Part shown: positions 20,123 through 31,600 of the stretch, in pieces
How the letters are laid out: every line of letters starts with the position of its first letter
Position numbering within the stretch: position 1 is the stretch's first letter
Source of the DNA: Coleofasciculus sp. B1-GNL1-01
GTDB taxonomy: Bacteria > Cyanobacteriota > Cyanobacteriia > Cyanobacteriales > Coleofasciculaceae
Strand: one strand, 5' to 3'
Assembly (NCBI GenBank): GCA_040220235.1
Contig: JAVJTO010000063.1
DNA length: 64,000 bases
Program-made: the position numbers and the translations under genes
The notes under the pieces: generated by a model
Seen by the model: the letters and a program-made list of their open reading frames with translations, nothing else
Databases searched by the model: none
Told to the model about the DNA's origin: nothing

Positions 20123-21295
20123 CTAGGAAGAGCTACGGATGTCTTGAGCGGCTAAGTAGAGCTTACTCCATTCGCCCAGTGCCTGGTTATACTTCCAATT
20201 TAGATCCTTGGCAATGACATCTAGCGTTTTACCAGTTCTCAATTGTTGGAGTAGCTGGCGCTGTTGGTCGGTGAGACTTTGCCAATAATCTTGCCACTGT
20301 ATGGGGGTTAACCCTAAGTTATGCTCTTTTAAGGATACCTCTAGCCAACTGGCAACTAATTCCGGCTTAACTTTCAGGGAAAAGACGCGAATGGCATGGT
20401 AACTGATTTTTTCTCGCAAGCGATAAACCTTTTGGATCGGCAAGCCTAACGTCTTAGCGATCTCCTCTTGAGATTTCCCTTGCAGATACAGCCGTAACCA
20501 TTGGGCGGCTTGGGCACCAACGTTTTGGTCGAGGTAGGTTTCAAATTCTTGGCGTACTGATAGACGCAGCGCTTGTTGCTCTTGCCAGACTTGAGTCTCT
20601 TGATAATCCGCGATCGCTTGATTATCTAATAAACTCACCGGAGCATCAGTATCATCGGAGGTAATCGACTCAGAGACAAATCGCACATTTTCCCCGCCAG
20701 GTAGATGCGTCATTCCACCGCGTCCCGATCGCTTGAGAAAATTGACAAATCGATAGACAACCAACGGCTGATTGCGGATCGGACGCATACAATATTCTTC
20801 AAGGGTGGTGAGTAAGAGGGCGTCACGTAAATGAATATCTTCACTACATTGAGCAATCCAACCAATCTGCCCTTGGATATAGCGATCGCTGTTTAATAAT
20901 TCCTGAATCACTTCTTGTAAGACATCCACCACAGCGCGTTGGCGATCGCGACTCAGAGACACCCACGTCCGGATTTTATTCCGTAACGTCATTAAACTCG
21001 CTAACCGACTGGTCAAATTGCGATAGGCTTGCTCTGGAGTAACCCCCAAATAGCGCTGGCGTAAAATCCGATAGCGATAGTCCATCGCTTGGCAGACAAT
21101 CTTGAGTTTGTCGGGTAGTAAGTGGTTTAACCGTTCCCTGTTTTCTCCCAGTAACCAGTGGACAATGCTGGTTCTGATCGCTGGGCAATAGCCTGGATAG
21201 TCATTGGCTAAACGCTGTTGCCACTCTTGTTCGAGTTGATCTGCCAACCTTTCCATCAGATGGCACTCCTCTAACCCCTGTTTTAATGTTTGCAT
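20123..21295 (-). CDS. HetZ-related protein (two HTH-like regions)
   Basis: SIVHWLLG, YR.LRQRYL, WLRLYLQGKSQEEIAKTLGLPIQKVYRLREK; resembles the HetZ-related family of filamentous cyanobacteria. Confidence 0.75.
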   Translation of the reverse strand: MQTLKQGLEECHLMERLADQLEQEWQQRLANDYPGYCPAIRTSIVHWLLGENRERLNHLLPDKLKIVCQAMDYRYRILRQRYLGVTPEQAYRNLTSRLASLMTLRNKIRTWVSLSRDRQRAVVDVLQEVIQELLNSDRYIQGQIGWIAQCSEDIHLRDALLLTTLEEYCMRPIRNQPLVVYRFVNFLKRSGRGGMTHLPGGENVRFVSESITSDDTDAPVSLLDNQAIADYQETQVWQEQQALRLSVRQEFETYLDQNVGAQAAQWLRLYLQGKSQEEIAKTLGLPIQKVYRLREKISYHAIRVFSLKVKPELVASWLEVSLKEHNLGLTPIQWQDYWQSLTDQQRQLLQQLRTGKTLDVIAKDLNWKYNQALGEWSKLYLAAQDIRSSS

Positions 21296-21850
21296 AACAA
21301 CTCCCCTTTCGTTGCACTGACTGTTTTGATAGACTCTGCTGTTCTAATTTCATCATTTCTATCCTGAAATAGAAGTGATCGCCCTCCTGTGTTGCTTACA
21401 AGACAGTCACATCAGTATTTTGACCCAGAGTACGCCCTCGATGAGACTCGGATCTACCTTGAACGTGTTTTGGATCACAAGCCCCTAAAAATGTGTTCTC
21501 CCGGCTTAACGATTGCATTTTGTGAACTCAATGCGGGGCAACCGTTGGTATCGATCAGGTATAGGTTAAAACTCTCCAGATCAGGCTAGCATTTATCGAT
21601 CAGTGACCCTCACGCGCCACTCAATCAAACCGAAGGAAGCAGCAGATGGCACAACCCCTACAACAATGACCAGAAAAACAACAGCTTTAAAGCCCTGTGG
21701 ACACAATCACCCTGTTCATTCCACCCTCATGGGGTTGATCTTGTTTCATCCTATCGCGATCTCTGGAACAGGATAATATCTGTTAACCTGATCAACATTA
21801 TTATTTTGATACACTCGTACCACACAACGAACCTGAACTGACCTACACCT

Positions 21851-24800
21851 ATGGTGCATGTTAAGCGCCTGGAACTCACTAATTTTAAATCCTTCGGCGG
21901 CACGACTCAAATTCCGATGTTGCCCGGATTTACTGTGGTTTCCGGACCTAATGGGTCAGGAAAATCCAATATCCTCGATGCTCTCCTCTTTTGTCTAGGG
22001 CTATCCAGTTCCAAGGGAATGCGGGCTGAACGTCTACCTGATCTGGTTAATCATAATAAAGAACGACGGAGTACGGTTGAAGCTAGGGTTACGGTGACAT
22101 TTGACCTATCTGACGCACCCGATATTCTAGTGGTAGAAGAGATACCGGAAAACTCGGAATCAGATGCAGATGAGGAAGCCGAGGCAGAGGAAACAGAGGA
22201 ATCAGAGGAAGACAATCCCAACTCCCAACCCTCAACTCCCCAATCAACAGAATGGACTGTGACAAGGCGGCTGCGGGTGACTAAGCAAAACACCTACACC
22301 TCGACCTACTATATTAACGGTGAATCCTGCACGCTGACTCAACTGCACGAACAGCTCAACCGCCTGCGAGTCTATCCCGAAGGCTATAATGTGGTGTTAC
22401 AAGGGGATGTTACCAGCATCATCTCCATGAACTCGCGAGAACGGCGGGAGATTATTGATGAATTAGCCGGAGTCGCCGCCTTTGACCGCAAAATTACCCA
22501 GACGAAAGATACCCTGAATGAGGTGAAAGAACGGGAAGATCGCTGTCGGATTATTGAAAAAGAACTGATCACGCAACGCGATCGCTTGGCGGCGGATCGG
22601 ATTAAAGCAGAGAAATACAAAAAGCTGCGGGCGGAACTCCAGGAAAAACAACAATGGGAACTCGTCCTCAAATGGCGATCGCTTCAACAACAGGTGGCGC
22701 ATCTTACCTCTCTGATGGAGAAAGGAGAACAGGATGAACGCCAATTAACCCAGCAATTGCATACCATAGAATCAGATATTCGTCAAGGGACAAAACAACT
22801 CGAAACCCTCAACGCCCGTGTCAAAGCCTTGGGTGAAGAAGAACAAGTCGCCGTATCCGCCACCCTAGCCAGCCAAGACGCCGAACGCCGCCAGTTACAA
22901 CGCCGCCAACAGGAACTGATCCAAAACCTAGCGGATACCGAGGCGAACCAACAAAACACCCAAAACGAGATTCAGCAACAGGAACAACGCCTGCAACAGC
23001 TTCAGGCTGAACGCCACCATCTCGACACCCAAATTATCGCCTCACGCCGCCAAGAACGGGATGCGGCTCAAACCGCCCTGAACGCCAGCCGAGAACAAGC
23101 GGATGCGATCGCCTCAGCTTCAGAGGCTTGGGTGCAGCACCAAAACACCCTCACCCGCCAAATTGAAACTCGGCTGCAAACCCTGAATCCCCAGCGCACT
23201 GAACAAGCCCAACTCCAAGAACGGCATAACCAACTTAGCCGCCAAATTGACGAACAAACCCAGCTTTTAGAACGCATCGCCCCCGAACTTGCCAGCAAAC
23301 AGACCCAAGCGGCAGAATTAGAGGGGCAATTAAACGCCGTCTCGCAACAGATTCAAACCCTTGCCCAAACCTTAGCCGCTACGGAACAAGAGTTACAAAC
23401 CCAACGGCAAACCCAAACCCGCCTCCTGTCCGAACAACGGGATAAACAGCGTCAACTGGATAAGTTAGAAGCCCAAGCACAGGCACAGCAAGAAGCCCAA
23501 GGCACTTATGCGACTAAAATTGTTCTTCAGGCGGATATCCCCGGCGTTCATGGTTTAGTCGCCCAACTCGGTCGCGTCGAACCCCACTACCAACTTGCCC
23601 TGGAAACCGCCGCAGGTGGGCGTTTGGGGCATGTCGTGGTCGAAGATGATGCAGTAGCGGCGGTGGGGATCGAACTGCTCAAACAAAAACGTGCAGGGAG
23701 AGCGACATTTTTACCCTTAAATAAAATTAAGCCGCCTCGATTTTCCCCGATTGTGGCACTGCGCCATGCTCAAGGGTTTATTGACTACGCCGTACATTTA
23801 ATCGATTGTGAGCCTCGATACCAAACCATTTTTGCCTATGTGTTTGGCTCAACCGTAGTGTTTGAAACCCTGAGTACGGCGCGTCCCTATTTAGGTCAAT
23901 GCCGAATTGTCACATTGGACGGGGAACTTTTAGAAAGTAGTGGGGCGATGACCGGAGGAAGTAGTAGTTATCGGTCTGGATTACATTTTGGGATCAGTGA
24001 TACCAGTGAATCAGCAGAGATGATGGCGTTGAGATCTCGTCTCCAAGATATTGAAGCCATGTTAAAGCGCTGTGACGAATGGCTGGAACGGGAATCAGTG
24101 ACGGCTAAACAATTGACGCAAACCCTCACAGATGCCAGGGAAACCCGCTCCCAAACCCAATTACGCCTAGAGCAATCCCGCAAAGACATCCAAGGGCTAA
24201 CGGAACAACAAACTCAAGTGCGATCGCTCCTAGCTAAAAATACCCAGGAAGTCCAGACGGCGGCGGAACGGTTGCAGCAATTAAATCAGGATCTTCCCGC
24301 CCAAGAACACCAACTTCAAGCCTTACGTGAACAACTGGCGCAACTGGAAGCCGAGCAAACCCCCCAGGAATGGCAACAGATTCAGAGTCAAATTAAAACC
24401 CAGGAAGCCGTATTAGGCGATCGCGAACAGGCATTGCGAGAGGCGGAAAGACAACTGCAAGCCTTAGAGAATCAGCAGCAGCGAACGAATGAGAAGCTGG
24501 CGACAAGTTATCAACGGATTGCCGAATATCAAACCCAACAGCAATCGATCCAAGACCAGCAAACCGAGATTAATCGTCAGCTTCAGGCAATAGATATTCA
24601 AATTGGACAAACCCAAGCCCGATTAACCCAGCTAGAGGAACGGTTAGGGGAAGCCAAACAAGAACGCGATCGCGTCGAGGCTATCCTGCGAAACCAGCAC
24701 CTAAACCAGCAAAAGCTGTCTTGGCAACGGCAAAAACTCCAGGAAACCCAGGTGACAAGGCAGGAAAAACTGGCTACCCTAAAAACTCAACTGGACATTC

Positions 24801-25702
24801 AACAGGCTGAATTACCTGAGCCGTTGCCAGAGGTTCCCCTGATGGTAAAGACAGGAGATAAGGAAGATAAGGAAGATAAGGAAGATAGTAGAGACGTTCC
24901 GGTGGAACGTCTGACTCCGGCGGAACCTCTGGAAGATGAGGGAGTTAATCAACAGGATAGCGAGGCGGGTTTAGTTCCATCTGGGAGCCAAGAAAACGAT
25001 AGTGGTGAAACCCGCCCCTACACAATTGCCCAAATCACCGTTCAATTGGAGAAGCTGCAACGGGATATCCGCAATGGTCAAAAACGACTTGAGGCAATGG
25101 AACCCGTGAATATGTTAGCCTTGGAAGAATACGATCACACCCAAGCCCGCCTACAGGAACTGTCAGAAAAACTGGCAACCCTAGAAGCAGAGCGAACGGA
25201 GCTATTGCTGCGAATTGAAAACTTTACCACCCTACGATTGAGAGCATTCAAAGAATCCTTTGACGCGATTAATCAAAACTTCCAAGCCATTTTTGCCGAA
25301 CTCTCTGAGGGCGACGGGCATCTGCAACTGGATGACGCCGATGATCCCTTTAACGGCGGACTGAACTTGGTGGCTCACCCCAAGGGCAAGCCAGTCCAAC
25401 GATTGGCATCAATGTCCGGCGGCGAAAAATCTCTCACCGCCCTGAGTTTTATTTTCGCCCTACAACGGTATCGACCGTCACCATTCTATGCCTTTGACGA
25501 AGTTGACATGTTTCTCGATGGGGCAAATGTCGAGCGATTAGCTAGAATGATCAAACAACAGGCTAAACTTGCCCAATTTATCGTTGTTAGTTTGCGCCGA
25601 CCTATGATTGAATCTGCCGAGCGCACCATTGGTGTTACCCAAGCGAGAGGAGCGTATACTCAAGTCCTAGGATTGAAATTAGGGTCTGCCAAACGGGACT
25701 GA
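21851..25702 (+). CDS. smc: Chromosome segregation protein SMC
   Basis: NFKSF, GPNGSGKSN, hinge GRATFLPL, MSGGEKS, FDEVD, long coiled coils. Confidence 0.98.
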   Translation: MVHVKRLELTNFKSFGGTTQIPMLPGFTVVSGPNGSGKSNILDALLFCLGLSSSKGMRAERLPDLVNHNKERRSTVEARVTVTFDLSDAPDILVVEEIPENSESDADEEAEAEETEESEEDNPNSQPSTPQSTEWTVTRRLRVTKQNTYTSTYYINGESCTLTQLHEQLNRLRVYPEGYNVVLQGDVTSIISMNSRERREIIDELAGVAAFDRKITQTKDTLNEVKEREDRCRIIEKELITQRDRLAADRIKAEKYKKLRAELQEKQQWELVLKWRSLQQQVAHLTSLMEKGEQDERQLTQQLHTIESDIRQGTKQLETLNARVKALGEEEQVAVSATLASQDAERRQLQRRQQELIQNLADTEANQQNTQNEIQQQEQRLQQLQAERHHLDTQIIASRRQERDAAQTALNASREQADAIASASEAWVQHQNTLTRQIETRLQTLNPQRTEQAQLQERHNQLSRQIDEQTQLLERIAPELASKQTQAAELEGQLNAVSQQIQTLAQTLAATEQELQTQRQTQTRLLSEQRDKQRQLDKLEAQAQAQQEAQGTYATKIVLQADIPGVHGLVAQLGRVEPHYQLALETAAGGRLGHVVVEDDAVAAVGIELLKQKRAGRATFLPLNKIKPPRFSPIVALRHAQGFIDYAVHLIDCEPRYQTIFAYVFGSTVVFETLSTARPYLGQCRIVTLDGELLESSGAMTGGSSSYRSGLHFGISDTSESAEMMALRSRLQDIEAMLKRCDEWLERESVTAKQLTQTLTDARETRSQTQLRLEQSRKDIQGLTEQQTQVRSLLAKNTQEVQTAAERLQQLNQDLPAQEHQLQALREQLAQLEAEQTPQEWQQIQSQIKTQEAVLGDREQALREAERQLQALENQQQRTNEKLATSYQRIAEYQTQQQSIQDQQTEINRQLQAIDIQIGQTQARLTQLEERLGEAKQERDRVEAILRNQHLNQQKLSWQRQKLQETQVTRQEKLATLKTQLDIQQAELPEPLPEVPLMVKTGDKEDKEDKEDSRDVPVERLTPAEPLEDEGVNQQDSEAGLVPSGSQENDSGETRPYTIAQITVQLEKLQRDIRNGQKRLEAMEPVNMLALEEYDHTQARLQELSEKLATLEAERTELLLRIENFTTLRLRAFKESFDAINQNFQAIFAELSEGDGHLQLDDADDPFNGGLNLVAHPKGKPVQRLASMSGGEKSLTALSFIFALQRYRPSPFYAFDEVDMFLDGANVERLARMIKQQAKLAQFIVVSLRRPMIESAERTIGVTQARGAYTQVLGLKLGSAKRD

Positions 25703-25783
25703 TGTAGATTATATGTGATTATTAGCCTTGATACTATTGATAACTATTCCAGCAGGAGTCGAGATTCAGGATTGCAAGACATA

Positions 25784-26779
25784 ATGACAACTGAACTAAT
25801 TCGTCAGCGCTCCGATTTTTTAAATACTCAGGTGATTACTCGCAATAACGGTAAGCGCCTCGGAGTCGTCAAGGAGCTGCTCGTAGATATTGATCGGCGC
25901 GAAGTTGTGGCATTAGGGTTACGAGACAACCTGCTCTCGCTGGCTGGAATGCCACAGTATATGCTCCTCAGTAGCATTCAACAAGTGGGTGATGTCATCC
26001 TGGTTGAGGATGAGGATGTGGTTGAGGATGTTGACGTTGATGCCTACAGTACGCTGATCAATAGCGAAGTGATTACCGAAACCGGGGAACTCTTAGGTCG
26101 GGTTCGAGGGTTCAAGTTTAGCGTAGAAGATGGCAAGGTGGCGTCTTTGATTATTGCCTCCTTGGGATTACCCCAAATCCCGGATCAGGTGATTAGTACT
26201 TATGAATTACCGATTGAGGAAATTGTCAGCAGTGGTCCAGACCGCCTCATTGTCTTTGAAGGTGCTCAAGAACGGCTGATTCAGCTAACCGTGGGTATTC
26301 TAGAGCGGATGGGGATTGGTAATCCGCCTTGGGAACGGGAAGAAGAGGAAGGCTACTACGCCCCCACCACCCGACCAGAAAATCAATTGGGGACAGGAAT
26401 ACCCGTTCGCACTCCCATTTCTCAACCCATCCAGACGGCGACACCCGTCGAGGAACGGTGGGATGAGGATTGGCAAGAACCAGAACCGGAGCCGATACGC
26501 CAACAACGGGCAGAGCCAATTTATGCCGAAGCCCAACTGGAAGAGGATAATTGGGGGGATGAATGGGAAGATTCCTCGCAATCAGCGCGTCGGTATGAAG
26601 AACCCCTTTATGCAGAACCTGAACCTTATGAGCCGCCGCACAAAGATGAGTACGCGGATTATGAGGTAGAAGGGGATGCTTGGGAGGATAAAGTAGAGCC
26701 TGAACCCTATCAAGCGCCGCCCCTTAATATTCCCGAAAAGACGAAAACCCCAGAATATGAGGAAGAGGCGGGTTATTAG
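25784..26779 (+). CDS. PRC-barrel domain protein with acidic C-terminal tail
   Basis: Two PRC barrels (LNTQVITRNNGKRLGVV; LINSEVITETGELLGRV), directly downstream of smc. Confidence 0.88.
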   Translation: MTTELIRQRSDFLNTQVITRNNGKRLGVVKELLVDIDRREVVALGLRDNLLSLAGMPQYMLLSSIQQVGDVILVEDEDVVEDVDVDAYSTLINSEVITETGELLGRVRGFKFSVEDGKVASLIIASLGLPQIPDQVISTYELPIEEIVSSGPDRLIVFEGAQERLIQLTVGILERMGIGNPPWEREEEEGYYAPTTRPENQLGTGIPVRTPISQPIQTATPVEERWDEDWQEPEPEPIRQQRAEPIYAEAQLEEDNWGDEWEDSSQSARRYEEPLYAEPEPYEPPHKDEYADYEVEGDAWEDKVEPEPYQAPPLNIPEKTKTPEYEEEAGY

Positions 26780-27218
26780 CTTATCGGCAATTCATCGGTT
26801 CGGACTTCGGCGTGAACACTCAGTCGAACTACCCAAAACTTGTCTGGGGGAGAGTGCCATAGCTCAACTAGATTTGTGGCGATCGCACCGCCTTTAACCA
26901 ACCGCTAAAAACTCTCCTGGGAACAAGTTACATCGGTTAAGCCAAGTTGCTGAAGTCCCATTGATGCTGGCGATGGCTGCTACAGCATTTTCAGACTCGA
27001 TGTGAGTAATGCATAGCTGGCTAAGGGGGGAAATTAAAGCCATTTGAGTTCTTCGTTCCCTCCTTACCCCCTGTTTCCTCCCGGTTCCCTCCCCTTGATA
27101 AGGGGAGGGTTAGGGTGGGGTAGAGTCAAGGTATTACTTTCGTTTTAAGCTTAAGTTGACACCAATGCTGTCAAACCCGCCCCTACACCTCGGCTTCCCG
27201 AAGTCAACTAACTAAATC

Positions 27219-28427
27219 ATGCAGTTTGCTCAACGTTTACAACCCCTGCAAGCCAATGTGTTTGCTGATATGGATCAGGCGAAGGCAAAAGCTAAAGCCT
27301 TGGGTCAAGATATTATTGACCTGTCATTAGGTTCCTCTGATTTATCAGCATCTGATCACGTCGTTGCTGCGATTGAAACCTCGCTGCATGACCCTAGCAC
27401 TCATGGTTACTTGCTGTTTCATGGGACGCAAGGGTTTCGTCAGGCTGTAGCTAAGGTGTATACTCAACGATTTGGTGTTCCGGTTGACCCAGAAACGGAG
27501 GTTCTGCCTCTGATTGGTTCTCAAGAGGGAACGGCACATTTACCCTTAGCGATTCTCAACCCTGGTGATTTTGCCTTGTTGCTTGATCCAGGGTATCCGT
27601 CTCATGTCGGTGGGGTGTATTTGGCAGGGGGTCAAATCTATGCCATGCCGCTGTTGGCAGAAAATCAGTTTTTACCTGTTTTTGAAGAGATTCCTGCCTC
27701 TGTGCTTGCCCAAGCTAGGATGATGGTGCTGAACTATCCTCATAATCCCACCAGCGCGATCGCACCGTTATCGTTTTTCCAGAAAGCGGTGGCTTTTTGT
27801 CGTCAGCATGACGTGGTTCTGGTTCACGATTTCCCCTATGCTGATTTGGTATTTTCCCCAGATGGTACAGCACCCGCCAATCTTAAAGCCCTAGCGCCCT
27901 CAGTTTTACAAGCTGATCCCGATAAAGACATCTCGATTGAATTTTTTACCTTTTCTAAATCCTATAATATGGGCGGCTTTCGCATTGGGTATGCGATTGG
28001 AAATGCTCAACTGATTAAGGCACTGCGCCAAATCAAGGCGGTGGTGGATTTTAACCAGTATCGCGGAATTTTAAATGGTGCGATCGCGGCACTACAGGGA
28101 AATCAAGATGGTGTGCAAGCGATGGTGACTACGTTTCAGAAACGGCGGGATGCGTTTGTGCAGGCGTTAAATCGTATCGGTTGGCAGGTGTCACTTCCCC
28201 AAGCGACGATGTATGTCTGGGCAAAATTACCCCAACCTTGGGATCACAATTCGATTCAATTTTGCACCCAGTTAGTTGAGGAAACCGGAGTGGCGGCATC
28301 ACCAGGGGCAGGGTTTGGCAAAGCTGGGGAAGGATATGTCCGCTTTGCTTTGGTGCATGAACCTGAGGTGTTAGAAACAGCCGTGCAGCGAATAGCGGGA
28401 TTTTTGCGATCGCATAAGCATAAGTAG
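27219..28427 (+). CDS. PLP-dependent class I/II aminotransferase (LL-diaminopimelate aminotransferase-like)
   Basis: IGSQEG, DPGYP, NYPHNPT, HDFPY, FTFSKSYNMGGFRIG, GEGYVRFAL. Confidence 0.9.
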   Translation: MQFAQRLQPLQANVFADMDQAKAKAKALGQDIIDLSLGSSDLSASDHVVAAIETSLHDPSTHGYLLFHGTQGFRQAVAKVYTQRFGVPVDPETEVLPLIGSQEGTAHLPLAILNPGDFALLLDPGYPSHVGGVYLAGGQIYAMPLLAENQFLPVFEEIPASVLAQARMMVLNYPHNPTSAIAPLSFFQKAVAFCRQHDVVLVHDFPYADLVFSPDGTAPANLKALAPSVLQADPDKDISIEFFTFSKSYNMGGFRIGYAIGNAQLIKALRQIKAVVDFNQYRGILNGAIAALQGNQDGVQAMVTTFQKRRDAFVQALNRIGWQVSLPQATMYVWAKLPQPWDHNSIQFCTQLVEETGVAASPGAGFGKAGEGYVRFALVHEPEVLETAVQRIAGFLRSHKHK

Positions 28428-28639
28428 GGTTTGCTGAATAAGTGTTGTGGTGAGGGGGAGCTGGGGGAGCTGGGGGAGCTGGGGAAGCTGGGGGAGCTGG
28501 GGGAGCAAGGGTACATTTGCCCTGAGCCAGGTGATGCCATACTTATGAAGGATGCTACCCCATTTCCTTGCACTTTATCCACTGTCAATATGGCTCAAAG
28601 CATTGCTTGATATGGGTTTCGGATTTTTGCAGCCAGCCA
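28427..28639 (+). mobile_element. MITE (about 213 bp) with 6-bp target duplication TAAGTA
   Basis: taagta|GGGTTTGCTGAATAAGTGTTGTGGTGAGGG...TTTTGCAGCCAGCCA|taagta, with an internal GGGGGAGCT tandem. Homologous to 32516-32727. Confidence 0.8.
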
Positions 28640-28665
28640 TAAGTAACGGTGGAGCTACTCTCTGC

Positions 28666-31600
28666 TTAACGGCGAGTTCTTGAGCCTTTAGCTTGACAAA
28701 TATCACGAGATAGGGTAGTTCCCGGATGCGGACGTTCAAAAACGGGATGATTTTCGAGGCGATCGCACGCCACCCGCAGCCCAGTTTGCCAATCTTGCGG
28801 TTCTGGTAAAATCCGCACATCCCACAAGCGTACTGTTTTATCCTGGCTACCACTGGCAAGTCTCTCACCATCCGGACTAAACGCCAACGATCGCACCGCA
28901 CCTTGATGTCCCCGTAACGGTTTACCCCGTAACTGACCCTGAGAATTCCATAAGCGAATTGTACCATTCCCACTACCACTGGCGATCGTTTTCCCATCCG
29001 GACTAAACGCCACCGCAAAAACGACTCCCTGATGTCCTCGCCAAGGTTCACCGATCAACTCACCTTGACGATTCCATAAGCGTACTGTCCCATCTCGTCC
29101 CCCACTGACAATCCTCTCACCATTGGGACTAAACGCCAGGTCAAAAACCACACCCTCATGTCCCCGAAACGGTTGACCCAAGGGTTGACCCTGACGATTC
29201 CATACGCGAATTGTACCATCCCCACTACCACTAGCAATGGTTTCTCCATCCGGACTAAACGCCACTGTAAAAACGACTCCCTGATGTCCCATGAACGGTT
29301 GACTGATGGGATTACCTTGGCGATTCCACACCTGAACGGTTCCATCTTTACCGCCACTAACCAGAAATTGACCGTCTGGACTCCAAGCTATTGAGGTGAT
29401 CCAATCTTGTCCAAAAAACGGCTGACCCAGAGGTTGACCTGGAACCGTCCACAAGCGAATTTTACCATCCTGGCTACTACTAGCAATCACCTGTCCCTGG
29501 GGACTAAAAGCGACTCCTGTCACCTCATCTTTATGTCCGGGTAAGGATTGACGAATTAAATTATCCTGTCGCGTCCACAGATGAACTAAACCATCCTCCG
29601 TTCCACTGACCAAGATTTGATTATCAGGATGAAAAGCGACCGCATTAACCGCTGATTCGTGGTCTAAGCGATCGCGTTCTCTAGCTACCTCAATTGCCTG
29701 CCAAAGACTAGACGCAATCCGCTGATCGACGTGCTGAAATTTAGCATAACTTTGACCCGTTGTTTCAATTGCTAGTAATAATCCCTTAATTGGTTCCACC
29801 GGGAGCAAATTTTGGACAGTAGCGGCATTTTTATACAAGTGTTCCCGTTGAGCCATCTGTGCCGTTTTATACCATCGGCTCATTCCCATCCCTGTGGTCA
29901 GACTCAATAGCGCGATCGCGAAAATTAATCCTCCCCCAGCCAATCCCCGTCGCCTTCGTTTGTGCTGGAGACTCTGCTGAATTAGGTCTTGTCCTAATGT
30001 AGATAAATGGAGATGATCTCGATAATACTCTGCCTCAGTTAGGGTTAAGTCCGATAAAATTCGGTTCGGTTTTCCTTGAGTTTGCCACTCAATCGCCGCC
30101 GCTTCAATTTGGCGCTGGAGTCTCATCCCGTGGCGTTTTTCTTCGACCCATTGCTGGAGTTTTGACCAATGCTGAATTAGGGCTTCGTGAGCAATCGTTA
30201 CCAAGGTTTGGTTCCATTTTCCGGAGTGAGTAACGATTAAGCCAGCATCGATTAATTTTTGCATTACGGCTGTTACCGCTTTCGTGGAATGGCGATCGCC
30301 AATGAAATTGTTTACCGCATTTGTTGGTGAAGAAGTGTTGAGTGTTGACCCTTCACGACCTTCGAGGGCATAGTTTTGATTGTGTAGGAACGGGTTTAGT
30401 AACTTTCGTTTCGCTATTGATAGTAACGTCGGTGCAAAACCAACCCTAACTGAGGGTTGAGTGTTGCCCCTTCGCGACTTTCGAGGGGATGGTTTTGAGT
30501 TAACGACTGAACTGTGTCCCGCTGTGCTAACCTTTTCCTCTTGTTTCCCTGATTCTGTGTTCCCAGACCTAGTAGGAGACGTGCCATGGCACGTCTCTAC
30601 AGATTTGAATCGGTTTCTAGATTTTACTTGAAAACTCAGGATCAACTCAGACGGGTCTACTTGTCGCGCCGTAACTTGACCGTTTTCATTTAATTGGATT
30701 AACGCAAAAAAAATGCCTTTGGCAATTTGTTTCTCATTAGCCGACAACGATTGATAAACGCGGTTGGCGTGTTTTTCGATCGCTCCTTGCAGCTTACCCC
30801 AACGATAATATTCGGCTACCATTAACCGATCCACTGGACGTCGTTGCCACAGTTGAGTTAACATAAACTGGAGTAACGGCAAACTGGCAGCATCCTCTAC
30901 ATCTAAGAGTAGTTGAGTAACTAAATCTGACTCAATCTCTACACCCACTTGCTGGGCGGGTTTAATAATAGCGGTTTTCAATCCTTCCCTGGTCATTGGC
31001 GTTACTGTCACCATCAGCGCCTGAATCTTTTGTACCAATTCTGGATAATTTGCACAATGACTTAAAAAATCCGTTCGCATCCCGATAACCAGACAAAGTT
31101 GATTATTGGTACGTTCTAGTCCACCCAACAAACAATCAAAAAACTGTTGTCGTTCGGTTTCATCCTGACAACAAGTAAACACCTGTTCAAATTGATCGAC
31201 TACCAGCACTAACCGCTGCTCTTCAGCCATTGTCCGCACCACAATTCCTAATCCTACCGCCCCCATTTGGAGCAGTTTCATGGTTTGGGCAAACTGATAG
31301 TCGCGTTCTGGGTTATGGGGATTGATAAAGGATCGGGCTAAATTCTGGAGAGGATGTTCACCGGGTTGAAAAATTAAAGTTAGCCATTCCTGAGTTCCTG
31401 ATAAGCGTTGACCCCGTTGAAGTTGATGCAAAAGTCCGGCGCGAATTAGCGAAGATTTGCCACTACCACAGGTTCCAATTACCGCCAAAAAATTGTTGGT
31501 GCGGATATGTTCGAGGAGTTCATCTGTTAACGTCTCTCGCCCATAAAAATACTGGGGGTCTTCATTTTTGTAGTCAAAATAGGCTAAACCTTTATAAGGA

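Noticed and set aside
21389..21589. 66-aa ORF between the HetZ-related gene and smc
   Set aside because: Non-ATG start, no recognisable motif, and it lies in a divergent promoter region.
26830..27050. Possible gene remnant or leader RNA upstream of the aminotransferase
   Set aside because: Only short interrupted frames and no recognisable RNA motif; nothing supportable.
28575..29394. Alternative-frame ORFs inside the WD40 region
   Set aside because: Out-of-frame or antisense readings of WD40 repeats.
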